Assembly (NCBI GenBank): GCA_021789935.1
Contig: JAJYIR010000012.1
Coordinates: 2,219-66,218 of the forward strand
Direction: 5' to 3'
Length of the DNA: 64,000 nucleotides
Origin: Nitrospirota bacterium
GTDB lineage: Bacteria > Nitrospirota > Thermodesulfovibrionia > Thermodesulfovibrionales > JdFR-88
This document shows positions 28,721 to 38,444 of the stretch, one piece after another. The position numbers and the translations under genes were made by a program. Below the pieces are notes generated by a model that saw only the letters and a list, made by a program, of their open reading frames with translations, ran no database searches and was not told the DNA's origin. Numbering within the stretch: the first letter of the stretch is position 1; every line of letters starts with the position of its first letter.

Positions 28721-31700
28721 ATGCTGGACTATTTGACGAATGGCAAAGCGGTCGTTACGATTGTCGAGCCTCCGGGGTATCCTCACAGCGCTGCATTCCG
28801 GGAGATTGCCGAGACCGTTTATTACGGGCTTAAGGCGCAAATAAAAAAAATCGGGGTAAACAACTTTCTTGATGACGGTTTGAACATTATTTTTGGGGCA
28901 CATCTGCTTACCCCGAAGCAGATGAACTCTCTGCCCGAATGCTCGGTGATATACAACCTTGAACAGGTAGATCCCTCTTCCATGTGGAAGGGGATAAAAC
29001 CCCTGCTCGGACGCTTTCCGGTCTGGGATTACAGCCTTCGCAACATAGAGGCGTTCAGATCCATGGGGTATGGGGGTGCCGTTTTCCATGTGCCTGTCGG
29101 GCACCGTCCGGAGATGACGCGCATCCAGCCTGCTCCCGTTCAGGATATAGATGTTCTTTTTTATGGCTCCATAAACGAACGCAGGGAAAAAATACTGGCG
29201 GCGTTAAGGCGCCAGGGACTCCGGGTGGAGGCGCTTTTCGGCGTTTACGGCGCGGCGCGCGATGCCCGCATCTCAAGGGCAAAAGTGGTCCTCAATCTCC
29301 ATTTTTACGAGTCCAGCATATTTGAGCTGGTGAGGGTCTCCTATCTGCTTTCAAACGGGAAGGCCGTAGTTGCCGAATGCAATGAGAATACGGAAATAGA
29401 CCGGGACATTGAGGGAGCGTTCATCTCTGCCCGCTATGACCGGCTTGTCCACGAATGCAAAGCTCTTGTTAAGGATGGCGAAAGAAGAAAGGCGCTTGAA
29501 ACCTCTGCCCTGAAGAGGTTTTCCGCCAGGGATGAGGACGTTTATCTGGATGCGGGCCTGGCGTGGGCAAATTCTTTCCTGGAAAAGAAGATGAAAAGCG
29601 GAGGCCGCGGTTTTTCCCTTTCTTCGACCGAAGATGCGCCAAAACGTATGAATCTGGGTAGCGGCAAGGATTTTCGACCTGAATTTCTTAACGTGGACTG
29701 GAATGATTACTGGTGCCCCGATATAATCCTGAACCTGAATGAGCCAATCCCGTTCGGTAAGGCGCTGCCCTCCACCCGGTTCGGAGATCTGGTTCTCGAG
29801 GAAAACAGTTTTGACGAGATCATGGCAAATGATCTTTTTGAGCACATACGAGAGCTTCAGGCCCTGATGACGTCGTGCCTTAAACTGCTCAAGGATGGGG
29901 GAGAGCTGAAACTGAAAGTCCCTTACGACTTAAGCTATGGCGCATGGCAGGACCCCACTCATATCCGGGCTTTCAATGAGAAGAGCTGGCTTTATTACAC
30001 GGATTGGTTCTGGTATATGGGCTGGACGGACGCAAGGTTCGATCTGGCCTCCATGAAATTAAATCTGAGCGATTATGGGAACACATTGCGGGAAAAGATG
30101 CCGGATGAGTCCCTGGTGCGGCAGCCGCGGGCGGTTGACAATATGGAGGTCGTATTGCGCAAACGCCCATTGACACCCCAGGAGCTCGATTTTGAAAAAG
30201 AACAAAACAAAGGCATCAAACCTTACGTGTTGGCTGAAGGGAAGAAGGCTGCCGCTGATTCCCATGGCGGACCAGGGGCCAGCTTTTCCGGCCATAGTGA
30301 AGAAAAAATATCCGCTGGTTCAGACGTCCCCGATGCGGCTTCAGTAGAGAATGAGTTTTTTGTTGAGAGGAAGGAGGCCGCCGGCACGAACGGGCTCGTC
30401 TCTATTGTGCTCCCGGTGCCGGACCGGCTGAAAGAGATACAGAAGTGCCTTCAAAACATTGAGAAGCATACCCCTGAACAGCATGAGATAATCCTGGCCG
30501 CCCATGGATTAGGGAGCGGTGCCGCAAGGTGGATAAAAAAGCAGGCGGAAGCCAATCCCGGATACAAAATCGTTGAAACAAGCGGGGCCGGCTTTGCGAC
30601 CATGTGCAATGAGGGCGTCAGGGCATCATCGGGCGGGTACATAGTTTTTCTGGACAGCGGCGTGGAAGTGACCGAGGGCTGGCTTGCCGGGATGCTTGCC
30701 TGCATGGAAAATATTGAGGGCGGCCCCGCAGAGGATGTCATTGGCGGCCCCCCCATAGTGGGCCCGATGTGCAACGTTGCGGAAGGGTTTCAGAAAGCCG
30801 GCTGGTTGGAGGCAACAAAGACGGGTGGAGGCGAAAAGAAGGGCAGCTCTGGCTGGCAGGAGTACGCGCCGGCCTTCAGGGCCGATAATCTGCACCGCCG
30901 GGTCCCCGCGCAGAGACTGGACGATTTTTGCATAATGGCCGGCCGCACGTTATTTAAGAAAACCGGTTTTTTTGATGAGGCATTAGTGTCCCGGCCCTAT
31001 GCCGTGCTGGATTTCATTCAGCGCGCGGTGCTCGGAGGCTCAAGGTGCTTCATAGCTGCAGATACGCTTGTTTACAGGGACCCGCAGGAGGCTGAAAAAG
31101 GATCGCAAGAGGAAAAAGACGACGGCAGAAAAGCCTTCGATGAGAAATGGAGTCCCATGGATCCTCAAAGCCCGGAGGCGAAAAAGCTGGGAGCTATAAG
31201 ACTTTTTGAATCCGGAGTGCAGGCGGACCACATGGGCGACCTTGGAAAGGCGGTGGAGAACTTTGTCGAGGCCATAAAGAATTCCCCCATGGATAATTCG
31301 CCGTTCGTTAAGGGGCTTTATTACCGGTTCGCGCGTATGCTCATCCGGGGCGGGGAGTTCAGGCACGCGCTGGAAGTCCTCTCGAAGTTGCCAGAGGGGC
31401 CCGGTACAGGGACGGCTGAACCGGACTTTTTTGACCCGGTGCTTGATAAAAAAGAGGCCGCAGGGCTTGAACTTGCGGGATATTGCAGAGACGGCCTTGG
31501 AGAATCTTTGGAAGCGGATGAACTCGCCCGAGGCGCGCTTAAGCTGCACGGGGGGGCGGGGGCCCTTAACCTGATGGGCCTTATTGAGTTCAAAAAAAAT
31601 TCGCCGGCAAACGCCGCTTCATATTTTGAGGAGGCGATAAAGGCCGATGCTGGTTACGGCGAGGCGTATGCCAATCTCGGTGCGCTCAGATGGACGGAAG

Positions 31701-34700
31701 GCAGGAAGGAAGAGGCGTTTGGTTTTTTTGAAAAGGCTTTTGTCCTGTCCCCCGCTGCGGAAGATATAATCACCAACTATTACAGCGCTCTTACCGAGAT
31801 GTGTTCCGTTAAAAAGGACATTCTGGACAAGGCCATACCGATCGTAAAACAGGCCATCGTCTTTTATCCGGCAAAAAAACGTTTAAGGCATATTCTAGCG
31901 GAGTTTTACTTCAGGAGCGGCCGAAACAGGGATGCGCTCGAAGTGCTTGAAGATGGCTTTTTGTCCTTCGGGGTTGATGATGAATCGCTTTCCATCGCTC
32001 TGAAGATAAGAGACCTGCTTGGGCCGGAAGATATCGTTCCCGGCGACGGCAAGGGCGAAAAAACTCTGTCCATCTGCATGATAGTAAAAAACGAGGAAAA
32101 AAACATCGTGCGCACTCTCCTGAATCTGAGGCCGCTTGCGGACGAACTGATAGTTGTGGATACGGGCTCTTCCGACCGAACGAAGGATATCTCCAGGGCG
32201 CTTGGGGCACGGGTCTTTGATTTCGACTGGACGGGAGATTTCTCGGCCGCGAGGAACTTCTCCATCTCAATGGCAAGGGGCGGCTGGATATTGGTGATGG
32301 ACGCGGATGAGGTCATATCCCCGTCAGACCGCAAGGAGCTGAGGGCGCTTATCAGGGGCCACAGGCAGGCCTATGGCATCACAACAAGAAATTACGTCCT
32401 TTCTCCGGGCGCCTGGGGATGGACGGAAAACGATGGCGCATATCCGGAGCAGGCCGGAACGGGCTGGATACCCAGCACGAAGGCAAGGCTCTTTCCCAAC
32501 GATGAGAAGATACGTTTCAGAAACCCCGTGCACGAACTGGTGGAGGTCTCGCTTGAGGAAGCCGGCATAAAAGTTGTGCTCTCGGGAATACCAATTCACC
32601 ATTATGGGAAACTGGTCGCGGGCAAGGTTAAGGAAAAAGGCACCGATTATTACGAGATGGGCAAGGCGAAGCTTTCCGGCAAGGGCAGTGATGATTTTAA
32701 GGCGGCCATGGAACTTGCAGTACAGGCGGGAGAGCTTGGCAGGTGGGAAGAATGTCTCGAAAACTGGAGGAAGGTCTCAGACATCAGACCCGGTTACAAG
32801 GCGGCGTACCTGGGGATGGCGGACGCATTGTGGGGGCTCGGCCGCTATGAAGAGGCCATGCAGGCCATAGACAAGGGTTTCGAGTCGCCGCTTGACCGGA
32901 TGGAGACAAGTCATTTATATGCGCGCTGCCAGGTATTGTCAGGCAAGGCTGAGGCCGCGGTCTCATTGCTTGAAAAAAGCAGGAGCAAGCACCCCATGGT
33001 CCTGTCCACACTGGCCCTGGCGTATCTTTGCACAGGCAGGAAGGAAAGGGCAAAAGAGCTTGCAAAACAGGCTGGCCGGGTCCTGAATATGTCCGCCCTG
33101 TTTGCCAATTATGCCAAGAAATTGATAGAAACAGGCAGGCCGGATTATGCGGCCCCGATTATTGAATATCTGACGGGAAAAAAGATCGCGGACCCCGCAA
33201 TGCTGGCCCACGGTTATCTTAAGGAAGCGAGTTCAGGCAACCCGGAACTTGCCCTGTCCGGCGGACCGGACCAAAAAGATGAAAAAAATCCGGTTTCTTT
33301 GTGCAAGGACCCTTCTGCCTCCGCCGGAAATGTGGTCCCCGGCGGAAGTCCTCAAAAAGGCAATATTTTGATAATAGACCCGCGTTTGCCTTGGTTTGAC
33401 AAAACATCGGGGTCATTAAGGCTCTTTTCCATCCTGCGGCTTCTGAGAAAACAGGACTATCATGTTACGTACATTGCGCGCGACGGCATGGACCAGGATG
33501 ATTACACAAGGGTGTTACAAAAGATGGGAATTGAGGTCTATGCCACAGATCCGCAAAAGTTGCGCCAAATCGGGGTGGGAATACAGGGCAAGAATTTTCC
33601 CGATATCGATTTAAAGCGAATACTGACCGAACGGTCTTATGACATAGCAATATTGTCCTTTTATGATGTCGCGCTTCAATATCTGCCTGAAATACGGGCA
33701 CATTCCCCAAAAACAAAGATACTGATAGACACTGTTGACATCCATTTTGTCCGGGAACAGAGAATGGCCCAATTAAACAACAGTAAAAAATTGCTGGAAA
33801 AGGCGAAGGAGACAAAGGACAAGGAACTGAGTATTTACGGCAAGGCCGACGCCGTTATAACGGTCACCGAAAATGACTGGGAACATATAAAGGGTTATCT
33901 CCCATCGGTTGCGCACTATGTAATACCAAATATCCATGCCTCCGATAACGGCCCTGTGGAATTGAATGATCGGGCCGGCCTGGCATTTGTGGGGAATTTC
34001 AATCATTTGCCAAATGTAGACGCTGTAAGTTATTTCCTGCGCGAGATATTCCCAAAGGTCAGGGAAAAGCTGCCGGATATAACATTAACGATTATTGGAC
34101 CATACCTCCCAAAAGATATTGTCTCTCTGAAGAGCGACGATATTATTGTGGCGGGCTATGTGCCGAAAACTGAACCATACCTGAAGAAGGCCAGGGTCTC
34201 CATCGCCCCGCTTAGATACGGCGCAGGCATGAAGGGGAAGATAGGGGAGGCAATGGCGCACGGGGTGCCCGTGGTCACAACTTCCGTTGGCGCCGAGGGC
34301 ATGGGCCTCACTCACGGCGCAACGGCCATGATAGCGGATTCGCCTGAAAGTTTCACGGAGTGCATTGTTAAATTGTGCTCCGATGACCGGCTCTGGCACA
34401 AAATATCGGCCGATTCAAAGAAATTTATAGCGCAGAACTACTCGTTTGAAAAAGTTGGCGCGCAATTGGCCCACATGTTGAGAAATGTGACAGGTGAAGG
34501 ACGGACGTCTCCCGGGGCAGGCGTGGACATTGCGCGGGCGGGGGGCAATGTGCTTGTGCTTGGCATATATCTGGCTGACCAGATGAACAACGTTGATGAG
34601 ATCGTAAGACAGTTCAATGCGCCAGGCAAATGGCGTGTGGTCCAGAAATGGGCGGCGATAGGGGAGAGAAGGGTTAATGGACATGTTCAAAAAGTTACAT

Positions 34701-35248
34701 GCAAACAATTTCAAAAGGGCCTTCCAAAATTCACCCTTTTAAACGGGATGCTCTCAGGTGAAGATCTGCGGAAATATGATTATATAATTATTTGCGACGA
34801 TGATATAAAAATGGAAGAAGGTTTCCTGGACAAATATCTCGACCTCGTAGCCAAACATGATTTTGCCCTCGCCCAGCCGGCCAGGACCCATAACAGTTAT
34901 ATAGACCACCATTTTGTGGAACAATTGCAGGGGCTCCAGGCCAGGCAGACGCGCTTTGTCGAGATCGGCCCGTTTTTTTCCATCCGCAAGGACATTTACT
35001 CTGATATCTTCCCGTTTGATGAGACCTCGCCCATGGGATGGGGCTATGATTTTGTGTGGCCATGCCTTATAGAGCGCCTAGGGCTGAGGATGGGGATAGT
35101 GGATGCCGCTCCGGTGGAGCATAGCATGCGAAAGCCTGTTAAGAACTACAGCTATGAGGAGGCCCGCTCCTCCATGGAAAAATACCTTTCCAAAAACAGA
35201 AATATGCCCAAAACCGAGGCTTTTAAGATATTGGAGTCCTATGCGTAA
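28721..35248 (+). CDS. 2175-aa multidomain glycosyltransferase (GT-B-like, SAM methyltransferase, degenerate GT2, TPR, GT2, TPR, GT4, DUF707-like); probable flagellin glycosylation enzyme
   Basis: Motifs in order: DIDVLFYGS..AKVVLNLH; NLGSGKD..FEHI..QDPTH; VSIVLPV..LDSG; TPRs; LSICMIVKNEE..DTGSSD..DADE; PLRYGAGMKGKI.EAM..GVPVVTT; ICDDDI..FVEIGP..GWGYD. Confidence 0.8.
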   Translation: MLDYLTNGKAVVTIVEPPGYPHSAAFREIAETVYYGLKAQIKKIGVNNFLDDGLNIIFGAHLLTPKQMNSLPECSVIYNLEQVDPSSMWKGIKPLLGRFPVWDYSLRNIEAFRSMGYGGAVFHVPVGHRPEMTRIQPAPVQDIDVLFYGSINERREKILAALRRQGLRVEALFGVYGAARDARISRAKVVLNLHFYESSIFELVRVSYLLSNGKAVVAECNENTEIDRDIEGAFISARYDRLVHECKALVKDGERRKALETSALKRFSARDEDVYLDAGLAWANSFLEKKMKSGGRGFSLSSTEDAPKRMNLGSGKDFRPEFLNVDWNDYWCPDIILNLNEPIPFGKALPSTRFGDLVLEENSFDEIMANDLFEHIRELQALMTSCLKLLKDGGELKLKVPYDLSYGAWQDPTHIRAFNEKSWLYYTDWFWYMGWTDARFDLASMKLNLSDYGNTLREKMPDESLVRQPRAVDNMEVVLRKRPLTPQELDFEKEQNKGIKPYVLAEGKKAAADSHGGPGASFSGHSEEKISAGSDVPDAASVENEFFVERKEAAGTNGLVSIVLPVPDRLKEIQKCLQNIEKHTPEQHEIILAAHGLGSGAARWIKKQAEANPGYKIVETSGAGFATMCNEGVRASSGGYIVFLDSGVEVTEGWLAGMLACMENIEGGPAEDVIGGPPIVGPMCNVAEGFQKAGWLEATKTGGGEKKGSSGWQEYAPAFRADNLHRRVPAQRLDDFCIMAGRTLFKKTGFFDEALVSRPYAVLDFIQRAVLGGSRCFIAADTLVYRDPQEAEKGSQEEKDDGRKAFDEKWSPMDPQSPEAKKLGAIRLFESGVQADHMGDLGKAVENFVEAIKNSPMDNSPFVKGLYYRFARMLIRGGEFRHALEVLSKLPEGPGTGTAEPDFFDPVLDKKEAAGLELAGYCRDGLGESLEADELARGALKLHGGAGALNLMGLIEFKKNSPANAASYFEEAIKADAGYGEAYANLGALRWTEGRKEEAFGFFEKAFVLSPAAEDIITNYYSALTEMCSVKKDILDKAIPIVKQAIVFYPAKKRLRHILAEFYFRSGRNRDALEVLEDGFLSFGVDDESLSIALKIRDLLGPEDIVPGDGKGEKTLSICMIVKNEEKNIVRTLLNLRPLADELIVVDTGSSDRTKDISRALGARVFDFDWTGDFSAARNFSISMARGGWILVMDADEVISPSDRKELRALIRGHRQAYGITTRNYVLSPGAWGWTENDGAYPEQAGTGWIPSTKARLFPNDEKIRFRNPVHELVEVSLEEAGIKVVLSGIPIHHYGKLVAGKVKEKGTDYYEMGKAKLSGKGSDDFKAAMELAVQAGELGRWEECLENWRKVSDIRPGYKAAYLGMADALWGLGRYEEAMQAIDKGFESPLDRMETSHLYARCQVLSGKAEAAVSLLEKSRSKHPMVLSTLALAYLCTGRKERAKELAKQAGRVLNMSALFANYAKKLIETGRPDYAAPIIEYLTGKKIADPAMLAHGYLKEASSGNPELALSGGPDQKDEKNPVSLCKDPSASAGNVVPGGSPQKGNILIIDPRLPWFDKTSGSLRLFSILRLLRKQDYHVTYIARDGMDQDDYTRVLQKMGIEVYATDPQKLRQIGVGIQGKNFPDIDLKRILTERSYDIAILSFYDVALQYLPEIRAHSPKTKILIDTVDIHFVREQRMAQLNNSKKLLEKAKETKDKELSIYGKADAVITVTENDWEHIKGYLPSVAHYVIPNIHASDNGPVELNDRAGLAFVGNFNHLPNVDAVSYFLREIFPKVREKLPDITLTIIGPYLPKDIVSLKSDDIIVAGYVPKTEPYLKKARVSIAPLRYGAGMKGKIGEAMAHGVPVVTTSVGAEGMGLTHGATAMIADSPESFTECIVKLCSDDRLWHKISADSKKFIAQNYSFEKVGAQLAHMLRNVTGEGRTSPGAGVDIARAGGNVLVLGIYLADQMNNVDEIVRQFNAPGKWRVVQKWAAIGERRVNGHVQKVTCKQFQKGLPKFTLLNGMLSGEDLRKYDYIIICDDDIKMEEGFLDKYLDLVAKHDFALAQPARTHNSYIDHHFVEQLQGLQARQTRFVEIGPFFSIRKDIYSDIFPFDETSPMGWGYDFVWPCLIERLGLRMGIVDAAPVEHSMRKPVKNYSYEEARSSMEKYLSKNRNMPKTEAFKILESYA

Positions 35249-38183
35249 AGGGACTGAACAGGCCCGCCTCGCCCCCGGTCCAAATCCGTTTCAGGGGCTT
35301 GCAAATACCGTTGCCTTAAGCGTGATAATCTGCACGTACAACCGCGCTGAGCTGTTAGGAAAGGCCCTTGAAGGGTTTGAAAGGCAGACGCTTGGCAGGG
35401 ATAAATTCGAGGTCATCATCATAGATGACGGATCATCCGATCAAACAAGGCAGGTTGCGGAGGCGTTTGCCGGCAGGCTGACGTTAAGGTATTTCTACCA
35501 GAAAAACGCCGGGCTGGCCGCGGCCAGAAACCATGGCGTATATGTTTCAAGGGGCAGGATACTCTTTTTCTCCGATGATGATGATGTCGCGGCGCCGTCA
35601 CTGCTTGAAGAGCATCTCGATACGCATATGCGGTATCCGAAGCCAAATTTTGCCGTCCTGAACTATACCGGGTGGGCTCCCGGACTTCATGTGACGCCTC
35701 TTATGCATTTTGTTACCGAGGTGGGCTGTTTTTTATTCTCATACCCGCACATAAAGCATGGCAGCATATTGGACTATACCTATTTCTGGGGCGGGCGGAC
35801 TTCGTGCAAGAGGGATTTCCTGATAGAGAACGGTGTTTTTAACTCTGTGTTCCGCTTCGGATGCGAGGACATTGAGCTTGGCTACCGGCTCTCCAAAGCA
35901 GGCCTCAAGGTCGTCTTTAATAAAAACGCCGTGTCTTACATGGCCCGCCCCGTGAGTTTCGAAGAATTTTGCAACAGGCTGATAAAGCAGGGCAGGTCGC
36001 AATACATTTTTAGCGAAATGCATAGCGATCCCGCCGTTCAAAGCTGGGCCGAGATACCGATGGCCGGAAAATGGCCGGAAATAGAAGGCTCATTCGACAG
36101 CATGAAAAAAGCCGCGATGGAGCTTGATACATTTGCAAACAATGAATTGAAAAAAGGCGTGGTAATAGACGTTACTGCCAGAGAGCATCTTTTCAAGGCC
36201 TACTGGTGGGTCTTCAGAGCCTGCAAGATAAAGGGCATGGCCCAGGCCAAGGCGGAGCAGGAAGGCGGCCATTGCAAGGCGCTGAAGCAGGTGCCGGATG
36301 CGGCGCAGCTCCCTTCTGAACAAAAAGCCGTAGTCTCATCTGGAACCGGGCAAAACGAGGCATTGGCGCTGCCGTTTGACCAGTATCAAAGATACAGAAT
36401 GGTCGCCGATATAATAAACAGGTTCAGAGGCGGGGATGAAAGATTCAGCATAATTGATGTGGGCGCGGGTTATGAGGAAAATCTGAAAAAATTTCTGCCT
36501 GGGGACAATATATACTGCCTTGACAAAGATTATCCGGAATCTCTTCTGCAGAAGGGCAATTTTATTTCAGGAGGGTTCACCAGGTTAAGCACGGAGGAAA
36601 AATATGATTTTGTTGTCTCGATGGACTGCTATGAGCATATAGCGCCGGCAGACAGGGAATTGTTTATAGACAGACTGGCCGGCACCTCCAAAATGGCCAC
36701 GATCATCGCGGCACCATTCGATACCGAAGGCGTCAGTGAGATGGAGATGCGCGCCAACGAATTATACAGAGTGGCACGTGGCACAGACTACAAATGGTTG
36801 AAGGAACACATTCAAAACGGGCTTCCGTCGCTGGATTTCACTTTGCGGCTTGTGAAAAGCCGGGGTTTTGAACCCGCCATTGTCCCAAATGGATATCTTG
36901 AGCGCTGGATTGAGATGATGCCCATATACCTGCTTGCAGGGGAAAGGAGCGAGTTTTCAGAGATCCTGCGCGCTCTTTCGATTTTTTACAATGTGAATTT
37001 TTATCTGGATGACAACAAAGGCCCTGCATACAGGCATGTACTGATTATAAATAAAATGAAATGGCCTGAAACGTCTTCTTTCGATGATCTGGTTTCTCCG
37101 CGGCCGGAAACTGATGAAGATATGGACTTCAAAAAACAATTGCTTAATGCCTACCTTGGGCAAATAAAATGTCTGTTCCAGATGGTCGAATCCGAAGACA
37201 AGGAATCTTTTTTGGGAGAACTGGACCAGAGAAATAATGAAGTTAAAAATCTGGAGGCCGAACTTAAGGAGAAAATCGCTCGTAAGACCTCCATAAGGGA
37301 CAATGATGGCCGGTTTCTGACCAAGTGGGTCAATTTTGAGTTTTGTTCTTCATGCAATTTGCGCTGTAAATGGTGTTCCCTGGACCACTCGAAAAAAAAA
37401 TGGCTCATGACCGGTGAAATACTGGCCAAGGCCCTGGATGAACTTGCGGAGAGCACAAATTTCGATATAGACCGAATCGATTTGCATAATGCCGGAGAAG
37501 TGCTGCTGCATCCGGACCTGGAAAGAATGCTCCTCGTTATCAAAGAGAAAAAGGAGGCATTCCGCCGTAAGCCGACTGTCCACCTTCTGACCAATGCAAT
37601 GCTTCTTGATGAAAGGCGGTCTGCAATAATCACCGGATCGGACGCCCTGGATGAGATAAGGTTCAGTGTCGACGGCGGGAATCCGGAAAATTATAAAGAA
37701 ATAAGGCGCGGGGGCGATTGGAACACAGTAAAAAATAATGTTTTGAATTTCATCGGTCAAAACAGGGAAAAAGGGAACAAGATCAAAACCGGGGTGATCT
37801 GTATCGTGCCGCCCGGGATGCCTCTTAAAACAGATTGGATGGATGATGATTTCCGCGCCCTTTTTTCCCGGATTGACAACGTTGAACTCAGGCATCCCCA
37901 CAATTGGGATGGCAGCAAGGACTTGCATCTGGAAAGTAATATCCATAAAACCGAAGGCCAGTTATGCAAGTTTCTTCTAAAAAACCTTGTCGTTCTGCCA
38001 AACGGGGATGTGACAGTGTGCTGCGCGGACCTCAATTCGCGTGGAGTCGTCGGAAATATAGCGGAAAATTCACTTGAGGAGATATATCTTTCAGCGCGGC
38101 GTTTGAGCATGCTCGATCTGTACAGAAACGGAGAGATGGAGAATATAGTTTTATGCAAGAATTGCGCCGGTTATTATGAATAA
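35241..38183 (+). CDS. GT2, methyltransferase and radical SAM/SPASM fusion protein
   Basis: SVIICTYNR, DDGSSD, FSDDD and EDIELGYRL; IIDVGAG; CNLRCKWC (CxxxCxxC) and C-terminal C..NGDVTVCC..GNI..CKNC. Start moved to ATG 35241, overlapping the upstream stop. Confidence 0.8.
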   Translation: MRKGTEQARLAPGPNPFQGLANTVALSVIICTYNRAELLGKALEGFERQTLGRDKFEVIIIDDGSSDQTRQVAEAFAGRLTLRYFYQKNAGLAAARNHGVYVSRGRILFFSDDDDVAAPSLLEEHLDTHMRYPKPNFAVLNYTGWAPGLHVTPLMHFVTEVGCFLFSYPHIKHGSILDYTYFWGGRTSCKRDFLIENGVFNSVFRFGCEDIELGYRLSKAGLKVVFNKNAVSYMARPVSFEEFCNRLIKQGRSQYIFSEMHSDPAVQSWAEIPMAGKWPEIEGSFDSMKKAAMELDTFANNELKKGVVIDVTAREHLFKAYWWVFRACKIKGMAQAKAEQEGGHCKALKQVPDAAQLPSEQKAVVSSGTGQNEALALPFDQYQRYRMVADIINRFRGGDERFSIIDVGAGYEENLKKFLPGDNIYCLDKDYPESLLQKGNFISGGFTRLSTEEKYDFVVSMDCYEHIAPADRELFIDRLAGTSKMATIIAAPFDTEGVSEMEMRANELYRVARGTDYKWLKEHIQNGLPSLDFTLRLVKSRGFEPAIVPNGYLERWIEMMPIYLLAGERSEFSEILRALSIFYNVNFYLDDNKGPAYRHVLIINKMKWPETSSFDDLVSPRPETDEDMDFKKQLLNAYLGQIKCLFQMVESEDKESFLGELDQRNNEVKNLEAELKEKIARKTSIRDNDGRFLTKWVNFEFCSSCNLRCKWCSLDHSKKKWLMTGEILAKALDELAESTNFDIDRIDLHNAGEVLLHPDLERMLLVIKEKKEAFRRKPTVHLLTNAMLLDERRSAIITGSDALDEIRFSVDGGNPENYKEIRRGGDWNTVKNNVLNFIGQNREKGNKIKTGVICIVPPGMPLKTDWMDDDFRALFSRIDNVELRHPHNWDGSKDLHLESNIHKTEGQLCKFLLKNLVVLPNGDVTVCCADLNSRGVVGNIAENSLEEIYLSARRLSMLDLYRNGEMENIVLCKNCAGYYE

Positions 38184-38299
38184 TTTTGAAATCGTCCGTC
38201 TTAATCTTTCCGGACGCTCAGCCCGGGTCAGCGTCCCGCGGCATGAGACAAGAAAGTGAAATCAATAACCTATTGATTTTATTGCTTTATTTTTCCGAT

Positions 38300-38327
38300 T
38301 AAAGTTTTCCCCCTCCTATTCCGATAA
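38300..38327 (+). promoter_or_regulatory. Sigma28 promoter of fliC
   Basis: TAAAGTTT-N12-TCCGATAA. Confidence 0.8.
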
Positions 38328-38403
38328 ATAACCTAAAGGTTCAGAGCGGCTCCAGAAGGAGGTGACCCGCAAGACTTTCGGAGCTCAGCAAAGGACCGTT
38401 AAA

Positions 38404-38438
38404 CGGCAAGGATGCCGGAACTAAAATTCATGGAGGAA
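38404..38438 (+). promoter_or_regulatory. CsrA binding sites in the flagellin 5' leader
   Basis: Hairpin CGGCA-AGGA-TGCCG (38404-38417) and TTC-ATGGAG-GAA over the Shine-Dalgarno (38427-38438). csrA-fliW lie upstream. Confidence 0.7.
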
Positions 38439-38444
38439 GAACAA

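Noticed and set aside
37392-37400. A8-A9 homopolymers in the glycosylation genes (also 28843-28850 and 31592-31599) as phase-variation tracts
   Set aside because: They are short Lys-codon A runs, similar runs occur throughout the window, and both ORFs are intact.
38331-38420. Possible c-di-GMP riboswitch in the flagellin leader
   Set aside because: The GEMM core motifs were not recognisable, and the hairpins are better explained as CsrA sites.
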